Below, piece by piece: positions 11,697 through 22,839 of a stretch of DNA of 64,000 nucleotides. The notes beneath the pieces are model-generated. The model saw only the letters and a list, made by a program, of their open reading frames with translations. It was not told the DNA's origin and ran no database searches. Source of the DNA: Macrostomum lignano (lineage: Eukaryota). A program made the position numbers and the translations under genes. Position 1 is the first letter of the stretch; the number at the start of each line of letters is the position of its first letter. The stretch covers positions 178,787 through 242,786 of the forward strand of contig NIVC01001748.1 in assembly GCA_002269645.1 (NCBI GenBank), written 5' to 3'.

Positions 11697-14583
11697 GGGA
11701 GGGAGAGAGAGAGAGAGAGAGAGAGAGAAGAGAGGACAGAACAATGAAGATACAAAACTATTTTTTCAATGCACAGAATTATAGCAAGTAGCTAAGATAA
11801 AGCATGCTATTGATTCAATCTTGCTTTAAAATGTATTCAATAGTCCTTGAAAACAGTAAAACGTGGACTTCCAATCCAGATGGTAACTTTTCTAACTCAA
11901 TAGAATCGGGATTAGGTCTTGTCATGCAATGCATGTCTTTACCGCAGATTAAAGTTCGCGCTGCCTCAAGCACAGATGGGTTGCTGACGGAGCTGTTGCT
12001 GGGCAGGGCTGTTAACGAAGCACAAATAAACAGCACCACAACCCACGTTGTAGTCATATTTAATCACAAACACAATAAACAGAATGAATTTTGAATTAAT
12101 AACTGCATTTGAAAAAATGTGAGAATTTTGTTTTGCTTACGTCTTCAATTTGCATGTACATGTAATGCATAATTTAGCAATTAATAGGCATTCATTTAAG
12201 CAATTTCGAAGTTCGAACGAGATTAAGCTGATTAAAGCATCTCAAAGCCGCCTTTGTCGAACAATCAAGCGATATTTGAATCCGAATTGCGACTAACGGA
12301 AACAACAAAGAAATCCAATTGATGAATTACGAGCCGTATTGACAAGGATGAGTCAGGGTAAAAGCACTGATGAGCCTGAGCCAAGGATATCAGAAGAGAG
12401 GCAGGACAGACACACTGAGACAGATGATAGACACACTGAGAGAGATGATAGACACACTGAGAGAGATGACAGACACACTGAGAGAGATGACAGACACACT
12501 GAGAGAGATGACAGACACACTGAGACAGATGATAGACACACTGAGAGAGATGACAGACACACTGAGAGAGATGACAGACACACTGAGAGAGATGACAGAC
12601 ACACTGAGAGAGATGACAGACAAACTGAGAGAGATGACAGACACACTGAGAGAGATGAAAGACACACTGAGAGAGATGACAGACACACTGAGAGAGATGA
12701 CAGACACACTGAGAGAGATGACAGACACACTGAGAGAGATGACAGACACACTGAGAGAGATGACAGACACACTGAGAGAGATGACAGACACACTGAGAGA
12801 GATGACAGACACACTGAGAGAGATGACAGACACACTGAGAGAGATGACAGACACACTGAGAGAGATGACAGACACACTGAGAGAGATGACAGACACACTG
12901 AGAGAGATGACAGACACACTGAGAGAGATGACAGACACACTGAGAGAGATGACAGACACACTGAGAGAGATGACAGACACACTGAGAGAGATGACAGACA
13001 CACTGAGAGAGATGACAGACACACTGAGAGAGATGACAGACACACTGAGAGAGATGACAGACACACTGAGAGAGATGACAGACACACTGAGAGAGATGAC
13101 AGACACACTGAGAGAGATGACAGACACACTGAGAGAGATGACAGATAAACTGCGGAGATGACTCTGAAACAAGAAGCATTTATCCAGCAACTCACCGTCT
13201 CATCCAACTTGGTCTGCCGCTCACTTTGAGCAGCCAAAAGCATCTCAACTGCCAGCACGTTCTCCTCTCGAATTGCGTGCAACAGAGCGTCTCCCAGCTC
13301 CAGGCCGCTGGCCAGCAGTAGTTCGAGCAGTTCGATATGCTCAAACTCGATAGCGACGTGAACGGCTGATCGGCCTAGCGAGTCCCGACAGTTCACGTCT
13401 ATGCCGAGGCTGCGCGCCGATTCGAGGCAGCCGCGCACAGAAGGCATGTTGCCCATCTCCACGGCCAGGAGAAACTGGCGCTCGTTGGCGCTGAGCTGCT
13501 GCTCCTGGCGCAGCAAGCCGCCAATCTGGCTGCTGCTGCTAGAGGACGCCAGCGGCTCTGTTAAACGAAGTTGAATAAGTGTCCTTTTCTACGCGTGTAC
13601 TTTAAATGAGTAATTGAGAGACGTACGTACTCAAGTTCGCACGTACGTTGAACAAGTACACGTGAACTTGAGTACGCGCGTACTTTAACAAATAGTTGTG
13701 AACTTAAGTACGCACGTACTTTCAAAAAGTTCCTGTGAATTCAAGTACGCGCATAGTTTGAACAAGTACACGTAAACTTGAGTACGCGCGTACCTAAACA
13801 AATCGTTTTGAACGTAAGTACGCGCGTACTTTCAAATAGTTCCTGTGAACTCAAGTACGCGCCGCATACAAGTACATTTGAATTTAAGTACGCGCGTACT
13901 TAAACAAGCAAATGTCTTCTTAAGTTTGCGCATACCTTCGACGCGTAAGTACGAACTTGCAAATTTTCATGATATAAGGACTTGTGAATAAGTACGCGCG
14001 TACTTACGCTTGTACTTAAGCACGGGTGAACTTTATTTTACAGAAAGTACACGCAACTCGAGTTCGATTTAAGATTGTACCACAGCGTACTAAAAAGCGA
14101 AATATTTAGTACACTTGCCAAGGCATACTACAAGAAGAATATCAAGTAGGTACAACTGCAAGTGAACTCTATTACGCGCGTATTGCGAAGTACGCCTCAA
14201 CTCAAGTACGCGCGTACTTTAAATAAGTACAGATGACTTTAGTATATATGCTGTAATTCCATGCTAAGCAAAGTTAAATATGAATAGAGTTTTACAGCGA
14301 AGTGCACTTCCCCGGGTATGCTTGCACTTTAAAAAGACTAACCATCATTTGAGGTCGCTGTATCGACTCCCATCTCTTCCATGATCCGCGACAGCTGCCT
14401 GACGCCGGCGCTGCAGGTATTGAATCCATCATCGGCTTCGGCGCTGGCCTCCTCGGCGCTGACAGACGATTTCGATGACTTTGACGATCTGAAAGACATC
14501 TGATCGAAGGAGGCTTGGCTCGTTGAATTGCTGGACAGTCGGAGCTGCTGCTGACGCTTGTACTCGCGCGAGACTTTGTCCAT
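1050..14583 (-). CDS. TRPC: TRPC / TRPgamma-like cation channel, 5' part; join(complement 14343-14583, 13196-13557, 8846-9403, 3797-4154, 1050-1189); 3' exons lie beyond the left window edge
   Basis: All five exons have GT-AG junctions with matching phases (1,0,0,1,0), 1659 nt = 553 codons. Ankyrin region ([34 protein letters not shown]), [21 protein letters not shown]_2 domain ([35 protein letters not shown]), [33 protein letters not shown], and S2-S3 ([24 protein letters not shown]). Confidence 0.95.
1241..1398. repeat. Short array of the same 16-bp family (AAGCTTCACAATCCCC), same orientation as 1-560
   Basis: Visible tandem units. Confidence 0.9.
1740..2900. repeat. 16-bp minisatellite (TGTGAAGCTTGGGGAT)n, inverted relative to the 1-560 and 1241-1398 arrays
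   Basis: Reverse complement ATCCCCAAGCTTCACA matches the upstream arrays. Confidence 0.97.
3225..3780. repeat. 21-23-bp minisatellite (TATCACACTAATCCATCTCTA[TA])n
   Basis: Tandem units ending ~15 bp from the TRPC exon 4 donor. Confidence 0.95.
3797..4154 (-). CDS. TRPC: TRPC exon 4 (pre-S1, S1, S2 start)
   Basis: Acceptor CTGCAG| at 4155; donor G|GTGAGT; [25 protein letters not shown]...[14 protein letters not shown]...[15 protein letters not shown]. Confidence 0.95.
4252..5675. repeat. 36-bp minisatellite (GAGTACTTTAGCAGTGGCTTATCTACCGAAGGATTT)n
   Basis: About 39 near-identical units; explains ORFs 4205-5527 and 4263-5720. Confidence 0.98.
6340..6985. repeat. 29-31-bp minisatellite (CATATGGGATCTGGGATAATTACAGTCTT)n
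   Basis: Tandem units with alternating variants. Confidence 0.93.
7665..8030. repeat. 39-bp minisatellite (GGGATTTTGGGATCATAACTGTCAACCTGGAATCTAACA)n
   Basis: Tandem units. Confidence 0.93.
8328..8797. repeat. 19-bp C-rich minisatellite (CCCCTGACCCGCTTGACCT)n
   Basis: Starts ~48 bp after the TRPC exon 3 donor; G-rich on the sense strand. Confidence 0.94.
8846..9403 (-). CDS. TRPC: TRPC exon 3 (ankyrin 4 / TRP_2 domain)
   Basis: Acceptor AATTCCAG| at 9404; donor AAG|GTGCTT; 558 nt; [15 protein letters not shown]...[11 protein letters not shown]. Confidence 0.95.
9463..9680. repeat. 8-bp repeat (TCAGTCAC)n
   Basis: Tandem octamers ~60 bp from the exon 3 acceptor. Confidence 0.9.
9898..11740. 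repeat. Compound (GA)n/G-rich microsatellite with a duplicated ~205-bp unique spacer (885-bp period)
   Basis: GA tracts; spacer at ~10430-10633 repeated at ~11315-11518; explains the Leu/Ser/Pro ORFs. Confidence 0.95.
12405..13146. repeat. 21-bp minisatellite (GACAGACACACTGAGAGAGAT)n
   Basis: About 35 units; explains five overlapping repetitive ORFs. Confidence 0.98.
13196..13557 (-). CDS. TRPC: TRPC exon 2 (ankyrin repeats)
   Basis: Acceptor TTTAACAG| at 13558; donor ACG|GTGAGT; translates [37 protein letters not shown]...LDET. Confidence 0.93.
13600..14230. repeat. Dispersed array of the palindrome AAGTACGCGCGTACTT and variants in TRPC intron 1
   Basis: Many GTACGCGCGTAC/GTACGC cores with variable spacers. 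Confidence 0.85.
14343..14583 (-). CDS. TRPC: TRPC putative first coding exon (Ser-rich N-terminal extension, MDKVSREY...TSNDG)
   Basis: ATG at 14583; donor G|GTTAGT after 14343; phase 1 joins the next exon as G|AG (Glu) with an open frame. A tandem TAG/CAG acceptor lies 27 nt upstream of the ATG. No family homology recognised in this exon. Confidence 0.7.
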
Positions 14584-14684
14584 TCGAACGGTCGGGATTC
14601 TGGACCGCTGCTAAAGAATGGGATTTTGTGATGATGAGTGGGAGATTTTGTCAATGTGGGACAAAACTATTACGGTAATTCTGG

Positions 14685-15075
14685 AGAGTGACAGTGATGG
14701 TGAAAGCAGTTTGACAGCTGTGTGACGGTGACAGCTGTGTGACAGGAGTGACAGAGACAGCATTGTGACAAGAGTGACAGTGACATTGTGACAAGAGTGA
14801 CAGTGACATTGTGACATGAGTGACAGTGACAGCATTGTGACAAGAGTGACAGTGACAGCAGTGTGACAGTCGTGACGGTGACAGCAGGGTGACAGTCGTG
14901 ACGGTGACAGCAGTGTGACAGGAGTGACGTGACACAGTGTGACAGGAGTGACAGTGACACCAGGGTGACAGTCATAACGGTGACAGCAGGGTGACAGTCG
15001 TGACGGTGACAGCAGTGTGACAGGAGTGACGGTGACAGCATTGTGACAGGAGTGACAGTGACAGCAGTGTGACAT
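14685..15075. repeat. GTGACAG-based degenerate tandem repeat
   Basis: Repeated GTGACA(G) cores just upstream of TRPC exon 1. Confidence 0.88.
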
Positions 15076-16769
15076 GAGACTCGGTAGTGTGAAAAGCAAG
15101 CACAGAGGTTAAACGGCAGGACAGCAAGGCGGGCCTGTGTAGCAACTGGAAGCGACAAACCAAACAAAATTCGAACCCCGTCATGACAGCTTTGAAAGTG
15201 TAAGATTTCTAGTGGGATTTTTCCAGGCGCATAAGAAAGAATTCTCACAACACTATATGACTATGATATCCCTTCCCTACCTCTTCTCCCTTTCCTTCCT
15301 GTCCCCAACTCAAGCTCAAAAATCAGGTGCTCAGTCACGATAGTTAAACACTAAGACAACACGCAAACACGAGTCAGTATAAAACCTACAGGCACTACTA
15401 TAGAAGCAGGAGCTATGGATCACTTGTATAAACACAGGGACAGATCTATCATACAATGGGATGCTCATGTTAGGGCAGCTAGTACGAGTAAGAAGCCTTA
15501 CCTTTTTTCAATCAATTCCCAGTGTGTTGCTAGCTCGTAAAAAATCCTGACAAAAAAACGATTTTGAACAATTAATTAAACGCGACAAGGTTGAAATCGA
15601 ATTTTTGAATTCGATTAAAATTGTCTTCTTCGCTGCCTGCCTATACAGCACTCCTTTTTATAACAGGGAGGTTGGCAAGGGCAAACGGGTGGGCGGGGAG
15701 TATTCTCCCCAACCAATGGGGGATTTCAGTTGGGAGTACTAGTACTAGTCCAGGAATTGAAATTGCGCTTCCTGGGCCAATGAAAAGTGAAGCCTTAAAG
15801 CAGAGCACAGGTTAAATTCTTTTTCAATTTGTAGATGGAATTCGTCAATGCCGATTAGTGCAAAGTTATTTATTATGCAAGCACTATGCAAACAATTTCC
15901 TTGTTTGATCCACGCCTACGCACTTGTTCACCTCAGGATATTCACAGCCTCCACCCTTCTGTTCACAGCCTCAATCCTTATATTTACAATACCCTATCCA
16001 TTCTCGATATTCACGCTCTTTATTCTCACATTCACACCCCATTCTCATATTCACATCCTCCATTTTCGTATTCACGCCCTCAATTTTTGCACTTTCATCC
16101 TCCGTTTTTGTATTCACGCTCTCCAGTTTCGTGTTCAAAACCCATTCTCGCATTCACACTCTTTCTTTTCGTATTCACAACCTCCATACCCAATCGCACC
16201 CTTGCATTACCCATCACATCCCCAACCATTCACAATCAGTGCTAGTGCCAGTCCCAGCTATCCTCACAGGTAAACACAGTTGAATTCCTCGCGAAGCAAA
16301 TTACCAAAGGTGAAGAATCTTCCACATTTTTATCAGTGCTGTTTCCATGACTCCCAAGACTCTGTCTTCAGTGGAGGAAGAGATGAACGATGCAAAAGCT
16401 ACTTAGCAGAAATAAATATGTGAAAAAATTCTCTATACTTTTCCTTAATCCATTACTTTGCATTCGCTAAGCTCATTCCAGCTTCCTCCATCCGATCATG
16501 TCGTGCAGTTGGCAGCTGGGATCGAACGAATCCGCGCGTTTAGCTACTCAATGACTGCAACAGGCTTAGTCAGAGAAAAACAGCGTGACAGAAGAATCAG
16601 AACAACTGCACAAATCTGTTTTTTACTATAATCTGTTCCATTGTCTAATTTAATACTGCTACATGTATTTGCTGCATTCTATTAGCGAATTGTACAAGAT
16701 AGAATGTGCTATACAATAGCTTACCAAGATATAATACACTCAAACTGACAAGAATATATTCAAAAATGA

Positions 16770-17950
16770 TACAACAGATTCAATCAGGATAGAATAGATT
16801 CAACCAGAATAGAATAGACTCTACCACGATAAAATAGTCTTACCAGGACAGAATAGACCCGATCAGGATAGAATAGACTCTACCAGAATAGAAAATATTA
16901 AACCAGAATAGAATAGATTTAACCAGGACAGAATAGACTCTACCAGGATAGAATAGACTCTGCCACGATAGAATAGACTCTACCAGGATAGAATAAACTC
17001 TGCCACGATAGAAAAGACTGGCAGGATAGAATAGATTCCAATACGATAGAATAGACTCTGCCACGATAGAAAAGACTCTGCCACGATAGAAAAGACTGCC
17101 AGGATAGAATAGATTCCAATACGATAGAATAGACTCTGCCACGATAGAATAGACTCTACCAGAATAGAATAGATTAAACCAGAATAGAAAAGATTAAACC
17201 AGAATAGAAAAGACTAAACCAGAAGAGAATAGACTCTACCACGATAGAATAAACTCTACCAGGATAGAATAGACTCTACCACGATAGAATAGACTCTACC
17301 AGGATAGAATAGTCTCTACCAGGATAGAATAGTCTCTACCAGGATAGAATAGTCTCTACCAGGATAGAATAGTCTCTACCAGGATAGAATAGATTCTACC
17401 AGGATAGAATAGACTGTAACAGGATAGAATAGACTCTACCAGGATAGAATAGACTCTGCCACGATAGAATAGACTCTACCACGATAGAATAGACTCTACC
17501 AGGATAGAATAGATTATACCAGGATAGAATAGATTCTACCAGGATAGAATAGACTGTAACAGGATAGAATAGACTCTAACAGGATAGAATAGATTCAACC
17601 ATGGGATAGAATAGAACCTAGAAGGATAGAATAGAACCTAGCAGGATAGAATAGAACCTAGCAGGATAGAATAGAACCTAGCAGGATAGAATAGACTCTA
17701 GCAGGATAGAATAGAACCTAACAGAATAGAATAGACTCTAGCAGGATAGAATAGAACCTAGCAGGATAGAATAGACTCTAGCAGGATAGAATAGAACCTA
17801 GCAGGATAGAATAGACTCTAGCAGGATAGAATAGAACCAAGCAGGATAGAATAGACTCTAGCAGGATAGAATAGAACCTAGCAGGATAGAATAGACTCTA
17901 GCAGAATAGAATAGAACCTAGCAGGATAGAATAGAACCTAGCAGGATAGA
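16770..17950. repeat. 20-bp minisatellite (CAGGATAGAATAGACTCTAC)n grading into (GCAGGATAGAATAGAACCTA)n
   Basis: Tandem units with a polar divergence gradient. Confidence 0.95.
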
Positions 17951-19019
17951 TTTACATGTATAGACAATCAAAAAAATAACTAAGACGCCACAGCATCACA
18001 AAAGCTCATTAAACATGATTCGTCATAGAAATGCTAATGTTTTAATCGATGAAGGCAAATAGCCAGAGAAAAACACAGGGCAATCAAGCTTATGTGCAAC
18101 GGTATATTTAAAGGCTAATTGAAAAAGCACAGAAACGGTGTTGATGGCAAAAATTTCAAACCAAAAAACACACATTTGCCCAGACAGAACGCACCCAGTT
18201 AGGCTTGAGGAAATACTACTTCAGTATGATTTTCTACAATCTACATACTACTTTCGGATAGTAGTAAGGCCAATGGAAATTTGATTATTGCAATTCTAAA
18301 AGCATTACACATCATTAGGTTTTTGATTCTCCCAGAAAGCACAGAGAAGCTTGGCTGCGGCCGAGGGAAGGTAAAAACACAAGGTAAAAAAACACAATCA
18401 CTGCTATTTGGTAACTAGCACTTGGTTGATTCAACAGACAAATACTGTATACAGTAAAAGGGTAGAGCAATAAAAACTGAAAAAATACATATAGAAATGC
18501 AGCCGACTTGCCTGTAGCCTCATTATAAGTACATCTGAGCTCCAGTCTAACATTAGATAGACATTTATACTATTTGGCAACTCACAAACTCTTATGCAAC
18601 AATTTGAATATAAAATGTGTTTCAAACGTATAAACGGCTTGATAAACCGACGGGCACAGCTACATAACAATTAAAACAGACAGTGAGTGGAAACTGTACC
18701 TTATAATCCATGTTGTTTTAAGCGAAGTGTATCTTACTATGATGGAGGATAAGCCGTATGTAACCTTAAATGATCTTTTCTCGCGAGTAGGTCAGATAAA
18801 ACATCAAAGAATCCGACATTACAGTTTAAAAACTTCTATAATAATACATTATACTACTGACATAGAAGTAGCATTAAGATTTCATATAATTGCATGAATA
18901 TATAATTTTGTCTACTAAACAAAACAATTGAAAATGTACTGATTTTACTAAACTAAACGAATGCATATTAAATTAAATAAGTTTTCGTTATTAAATCAAA
19001 TACACGATCATTCAAACCG

Positions 19020-19351
19020 AATGACAGACAGACGGACAGTCAGACACACAGAAAGACAGGCAGACAGACAGACAGACAGACAGACAGACTGACAGACAGA
19101 AAGACAGACAGACAGACAGACAGGCAGACAGACAGACAGAAAGACAGGCAGACAGACAGACAGACAGACACACGAACAGACAGACAGACAGACAGAACCA
19201 GAGACAGAAAGACAGACAGGCAGACAGACAGACAGACAGACACAAACAGACAGAACCAGACAGACAGACAGACAGACAGACAGACAGGCAGACAGACAGA
19301 CAGGCAGGCAGACAGACAGGCAGACACACGAACGGACAGACAGACAGAACC

Positions 19352-19424
<73 letters not shown>

Positions 19425-19471
19425 GGCAGATACACGAACGGATAGACAGAACCAGACAGACAGACACACGA

Positions 19472-19502
<31 letters not shown>

Positions 19503-19531
19503 CACGAACAGACAGACAGACAGACACACGA

Positions 19532-19586
<55 letters not shown>

Positions 19587-19714
19587 CACGAACAGACAGA
19601 CAGAGACACACGAACAGACAGACAGACAGACAGACAGACAATTAGACAGACAGACAGACAGACAGACAGACACTTAGACTTAGACAGACAGACAGACAGA
19701 CAGACACTTAGACT

Positions 19715-19760
<46 letters not shown>

Positions 19761-19783
19761 CTTAGACTTAGACAGACAGACAG
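19020..19783. repeat. (AGAC)n compound microsatellite, ~80 bp downstream of the BCL2-like stop codon
   Basis: Tetranucleotide array with CACGAAC and TTAG interruptions. Confidence 0.97.
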
Positions 19784-19861
19784 GCTCTAGGATAGGTAAA
19801 GTCCGCAGACACAGACTACTCCAAGCCGGGTGACACTGTGGAAAACCCGTAGCTCTCAGCC

Positions 19862-21358
19862 TCAGTCCAACTCGGACTCCTCAGTATTCTCAACCACCGC
19901 CTGCCAGCCGCCCTGAGCCACCACCCACTGGGCAAATCGATCTTCGAAATAGCGCAGCGAAGCAGCTTTAACTGCCTCCTCTAGCCGGCGCTCTCCCTTG
20001 CACCTGGCGCACATCAGCCTAGTGAGATGGTACAGCATTGCCACACTGCGCCAGGCCAGCAGTTCACACCGGCAGGCCAGCAGCTCGCTGAACCGACGGT
20101 GCTCACCGGCATCGGCCGCCGATATCAGCGAGCTCAACAGGGCGTCGTTATCAACGGCGCTATCCGCAGCGGCGACGGCAGCGGTGGCAGCGGCGGTAGC
20201 CAATTCTCGCTCTTTCGCTCGAACCCGTCGAGTCTTCTCGTGCATCGCCCGGTCTAATCGGAACTCGCAGCTAAAGGCCAGCGAAGCAGATTGAGCAGTA
20301 GATGATGAGGACGGAGGAGGCTGCGGCTGAGGCGGCAGTTGGCCCATTAGGTCGTGAGCAACAAAATCCAATAGTTGGACGACTCGTTCAAATTTTTCAT
20401 CGTCCGAGTTGACGCCTGCGCCACTGTCATCGGCTTTACTGCCGCTACTAGCGAGGCGGTTGACAGCTCCGCCAGGGCTGGTCTGGACTACGGCTTGAAA
20501 CTCTTTAATCACGTTGCGTCTCCGAACCGGCTTGGACAGTTGCAAGGATGAAGGCGGCGGAGTCTGGGCGGACGGCTCGCTCTGGTGACGAGTCCGTTGA
20601 AAATGCGGCAGCGACCATTTCTTTGAAGAAGACGACGTTGAAGCTTTCTTAGAAGCCGCCTCATGCTGCTGCATCAGCGGCTGCTGAGCCAGGCCGGCAA
20701 AGGCGCGTCTTCGCAGAAATCTCGGCATTTTAATCCGTTTCAGAAAGCTTTGCTGACGATTGAGAAATTCTATTTTCAGACTGCGCTTAGTGTCGGTCTC
20801 GGTTTCATAGCCAGTGCTATCAATTGTGCCAGTCTGTTGCTGCAGCTGACCAGAATCAGCCACCGGTGTTGGAGAATACTTACCAGCGGAATCCGTCTGT
20901 TCAATTGAGTCGTCTTCTAAGCTTTCAACGGAGCCCAATGGCGCGGTTGCGGCAACAGTTGCCGTGGACAAAGCGAAAGACACTGGCTCAGAGATTGACA
21001 CTGATAGGCCTTCCCAGAAATCGTCTAGGGAGCGGGTTTCGCTTAAATTCGCCTCAATTGTGGAGGTGGCCGCAGTGGCGGCTGATGAAGAAGACCCGGA
21101 TGCTGTAGCTGCAGCCGAGGCTTTGCCAGCTCCAGCAGCGGTGGCGGCTGCAGCAGCCGCAGCGGCGCAACGCCGACTAAGAAACAATTCGAGCACAGCT
21201 CGGGCATCGTGAATAACAGCGTTGGAGTCTTGTCGCTGGGTCGGAGGGGCACTCTTTTGCACTGGCACCGACGTGGAAGCGGCAGTGGCAGTAGAAGTGG
21301 CCCCAGCTGCAGCTGCGTTAGCAGCAACAGGGGTGCCAGAACTAACAGTCGCTGACAT
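19862..21358 (-). CDS. Intronless BCL2L12/BCL2L14(Bcl-G)-like Bcl-2 family protein, 498 aa, no C-terminal TM anchor
   Basis: Single 1497-nt ORF. C-terminal BH2-type motif RYFEDRFAQWVVAQGGWQAVV followed by an acidic tail; BH3-like helix ERVVQLLDFVAHDL; N-terminal helix DARAVLELFLSRR. Subfamily assignment rests on recalled motif similarity, not a search. Confidence 0.8.
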   Translation of the reverse strand: MSATVSSGTPVAANAAAAGATSTATAASTSVPVQKSAPPTQRQDSNAVIHDARAVLELFLSRRCAAAAAAAATAAGAGKASAAATASGSSSSAATAATSTIEANLSETRSLDDFWEGLSVSISEPVSFALSTATVAATAPLGSVESLEDDSIEQTDSAGKYSPTPVADSGQLQQQTGTIDSTGYETETDTKRSLKIEFLNRQQSFLKRIKMPRFLRRRAFAGLAQQPLMQQHEAASKKASTSSSSKKWSLPHFQRTRHQSEPSAQTPPPSSLQLSKPVRRRNVIKEFQAVVQTSPGGAVNRLASSGSKADDSGAGVNSDDEKFERVVQLLDFVAHDLMGQLPPQPQPPPSSSSTAQSASLAFSCEFRLDRAMHEKTRRVRAKERELATAAATAAVAAADSAVDNDALLSSLISAADAGEHRRFSELLACRCELLAWRSVAMLYHLTRLMCARCKGERRLEEAVKAASLRYFEDRFAQWVVAQGGWQAVVENTEESELD

Positions 21359-21563
21359 GCAAGTAGTTGGTTACGAATATTGATAGTATAATTTCACTAA
21401 GTAGCTTAAGGGATTTTTAAGCTAATTGTGCAATTAGCTTTTTTAAGAGACAGCTATCTTTAGGCTTTTCATCAACCCAATGAAAATGGTACCAAGAAAA
21501 GTACCAGAGTCATTACAGTTGCAGATAACACACAAGGTAAATATGAAAGAAGTGACTCTAGAT

Positions 21564-22445
21564 CAGTGTTGGGCACCAGTCCGTTAATAAGCGTTAATCC
21601 ATTAATAAGTGTCAATAAGCGTTAAGATTTTTCATTAACATTAACGGACTGTCGTTAAGATTTTTTTGAACTAATGGATTAACAAATTTGCGTTAAAAAA
21701 ATTGTGAATTAACGATAAATTCATCGTTAATGGTAGTGTCTATGTCAATGACCAAAGACGCAAAGAAGGAACAAAAAATAGAAGTCTTACAAGAAGTTTA
21801 AACATTACGAACGTATTTGAGCTTACCTATATGCCTAAATATAATCTCTTTATTTATGACAATGATCATACAGACGTACATGTAATTAACAACTTCTTAC
21901 AAATAAACTTTAAAATAATGAATTAAAATAGTATGAAACTTTATTTCTTGCGCGTGAGCATCAATCGCTTTGATTCACTTCTGTCCCAATCTTTTGCAAC
22001 TTTCTGCTGCGTCTGCTAATGGTACTGAAACAACCTTCCTATGCGTATTTAATTATGAATTTCTCGCTATTAGCTTTTAAGTTTCAAATAAAATAAGTTA
22101 CTTTTTTTACCATATGCTTTACTTTTAGTAGTATTATGCATGCAAGTTTTTAAAATGATTATTTATTACTTTTTTAGCTTTCAAATCGCTTAGATAACCT
22201 CTGTGTTTTGCTAAAAAGATGGAATAGCAAAGATGTGCAATACGAAGTCTGTTTTGGAAAAAACTTGCAAGATTTCTGTATTTTCTATGTTAACTTTAAC
22301 GGATTAATGCTTATTAACGATTATCAGTTAACTTTCAGTTAACTTAACAAAATTAAGAGTTAAAAAGTTAAGATTTTTCTGTTTTAACGCTAACGCTTTT
22401 GCTATTAACGGAAGTTAAGATTTTCATTAATGGTGCCCAACACTG
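21564..22445. mobile_element. Non-autonomous hAT (Buster/Charlie-type) MITE, 882 bp
   Basis: Perfect 15-bp TIR CAGTGTTGGGCACCA; identical 8-bp TSD CTCTAGAT (21556-21563 and 22446-22453) matching the NTCTAGAN target; subterminal TTAAC/CGTTAA repeats; no transposase ORF. Confidence 0.9.
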
Positions 22446-22839
22446 CTCTAGATGACTCTAAAATGACAAGATATCATGGTACAAGTTGCTGAAAAATTGT
22501 CAAGAGTCATTAGAGAGTTCATTTGAGGTGCTTATTGTCTGTGACTCTTGGGCTATAATAACCTTGGGGCTGTAGAGTTGAATCTGAAGTAAGCTGGAGT
22601 CACTTTAGAATCACTGAGTTGCATTAGCATCACTTTATAAATTATAATAGCATTTAAAATTTATAACAAATCTATTTAGTTTACTTGAGTTAATAAAAAA
22701 GATAAATGCTAACACAAAAACTTTTGAATCTATGCCAAAAATTTGAGTTAGAAATTCATTAGGAAATTTCTTAAAAAATAGCAGGTTATCCAAAGTCATA
22801 ATATATAGTATAAGGTTTTAACAAATTTAGAATGATTGA

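Noticed and set aside
9667-13190. Leu/Ser/Pro-rich and TERDDRH/CHLSQCV ORFs
   Set aside because: Products of GA microsatellite and the 21-bp array.
16500-16560. Minus-strand GTTCGATCCC B-box-like motif
   Set aside because: No convincing A-box, cloverleaf, tail or TSD.
19998-21327. Overlapping ORFs in other frames of the BCL2-like CDS
   Set aside because: Shadow frames of GC-rich coding sequence with no recognisable motifs.
14343-21358. Operon linking the co-oriented BCL2-like gene and TRPC
   Set aside because: More than 5 kb of satellite-rich spacer and no direct evidence of polycistronic processing.
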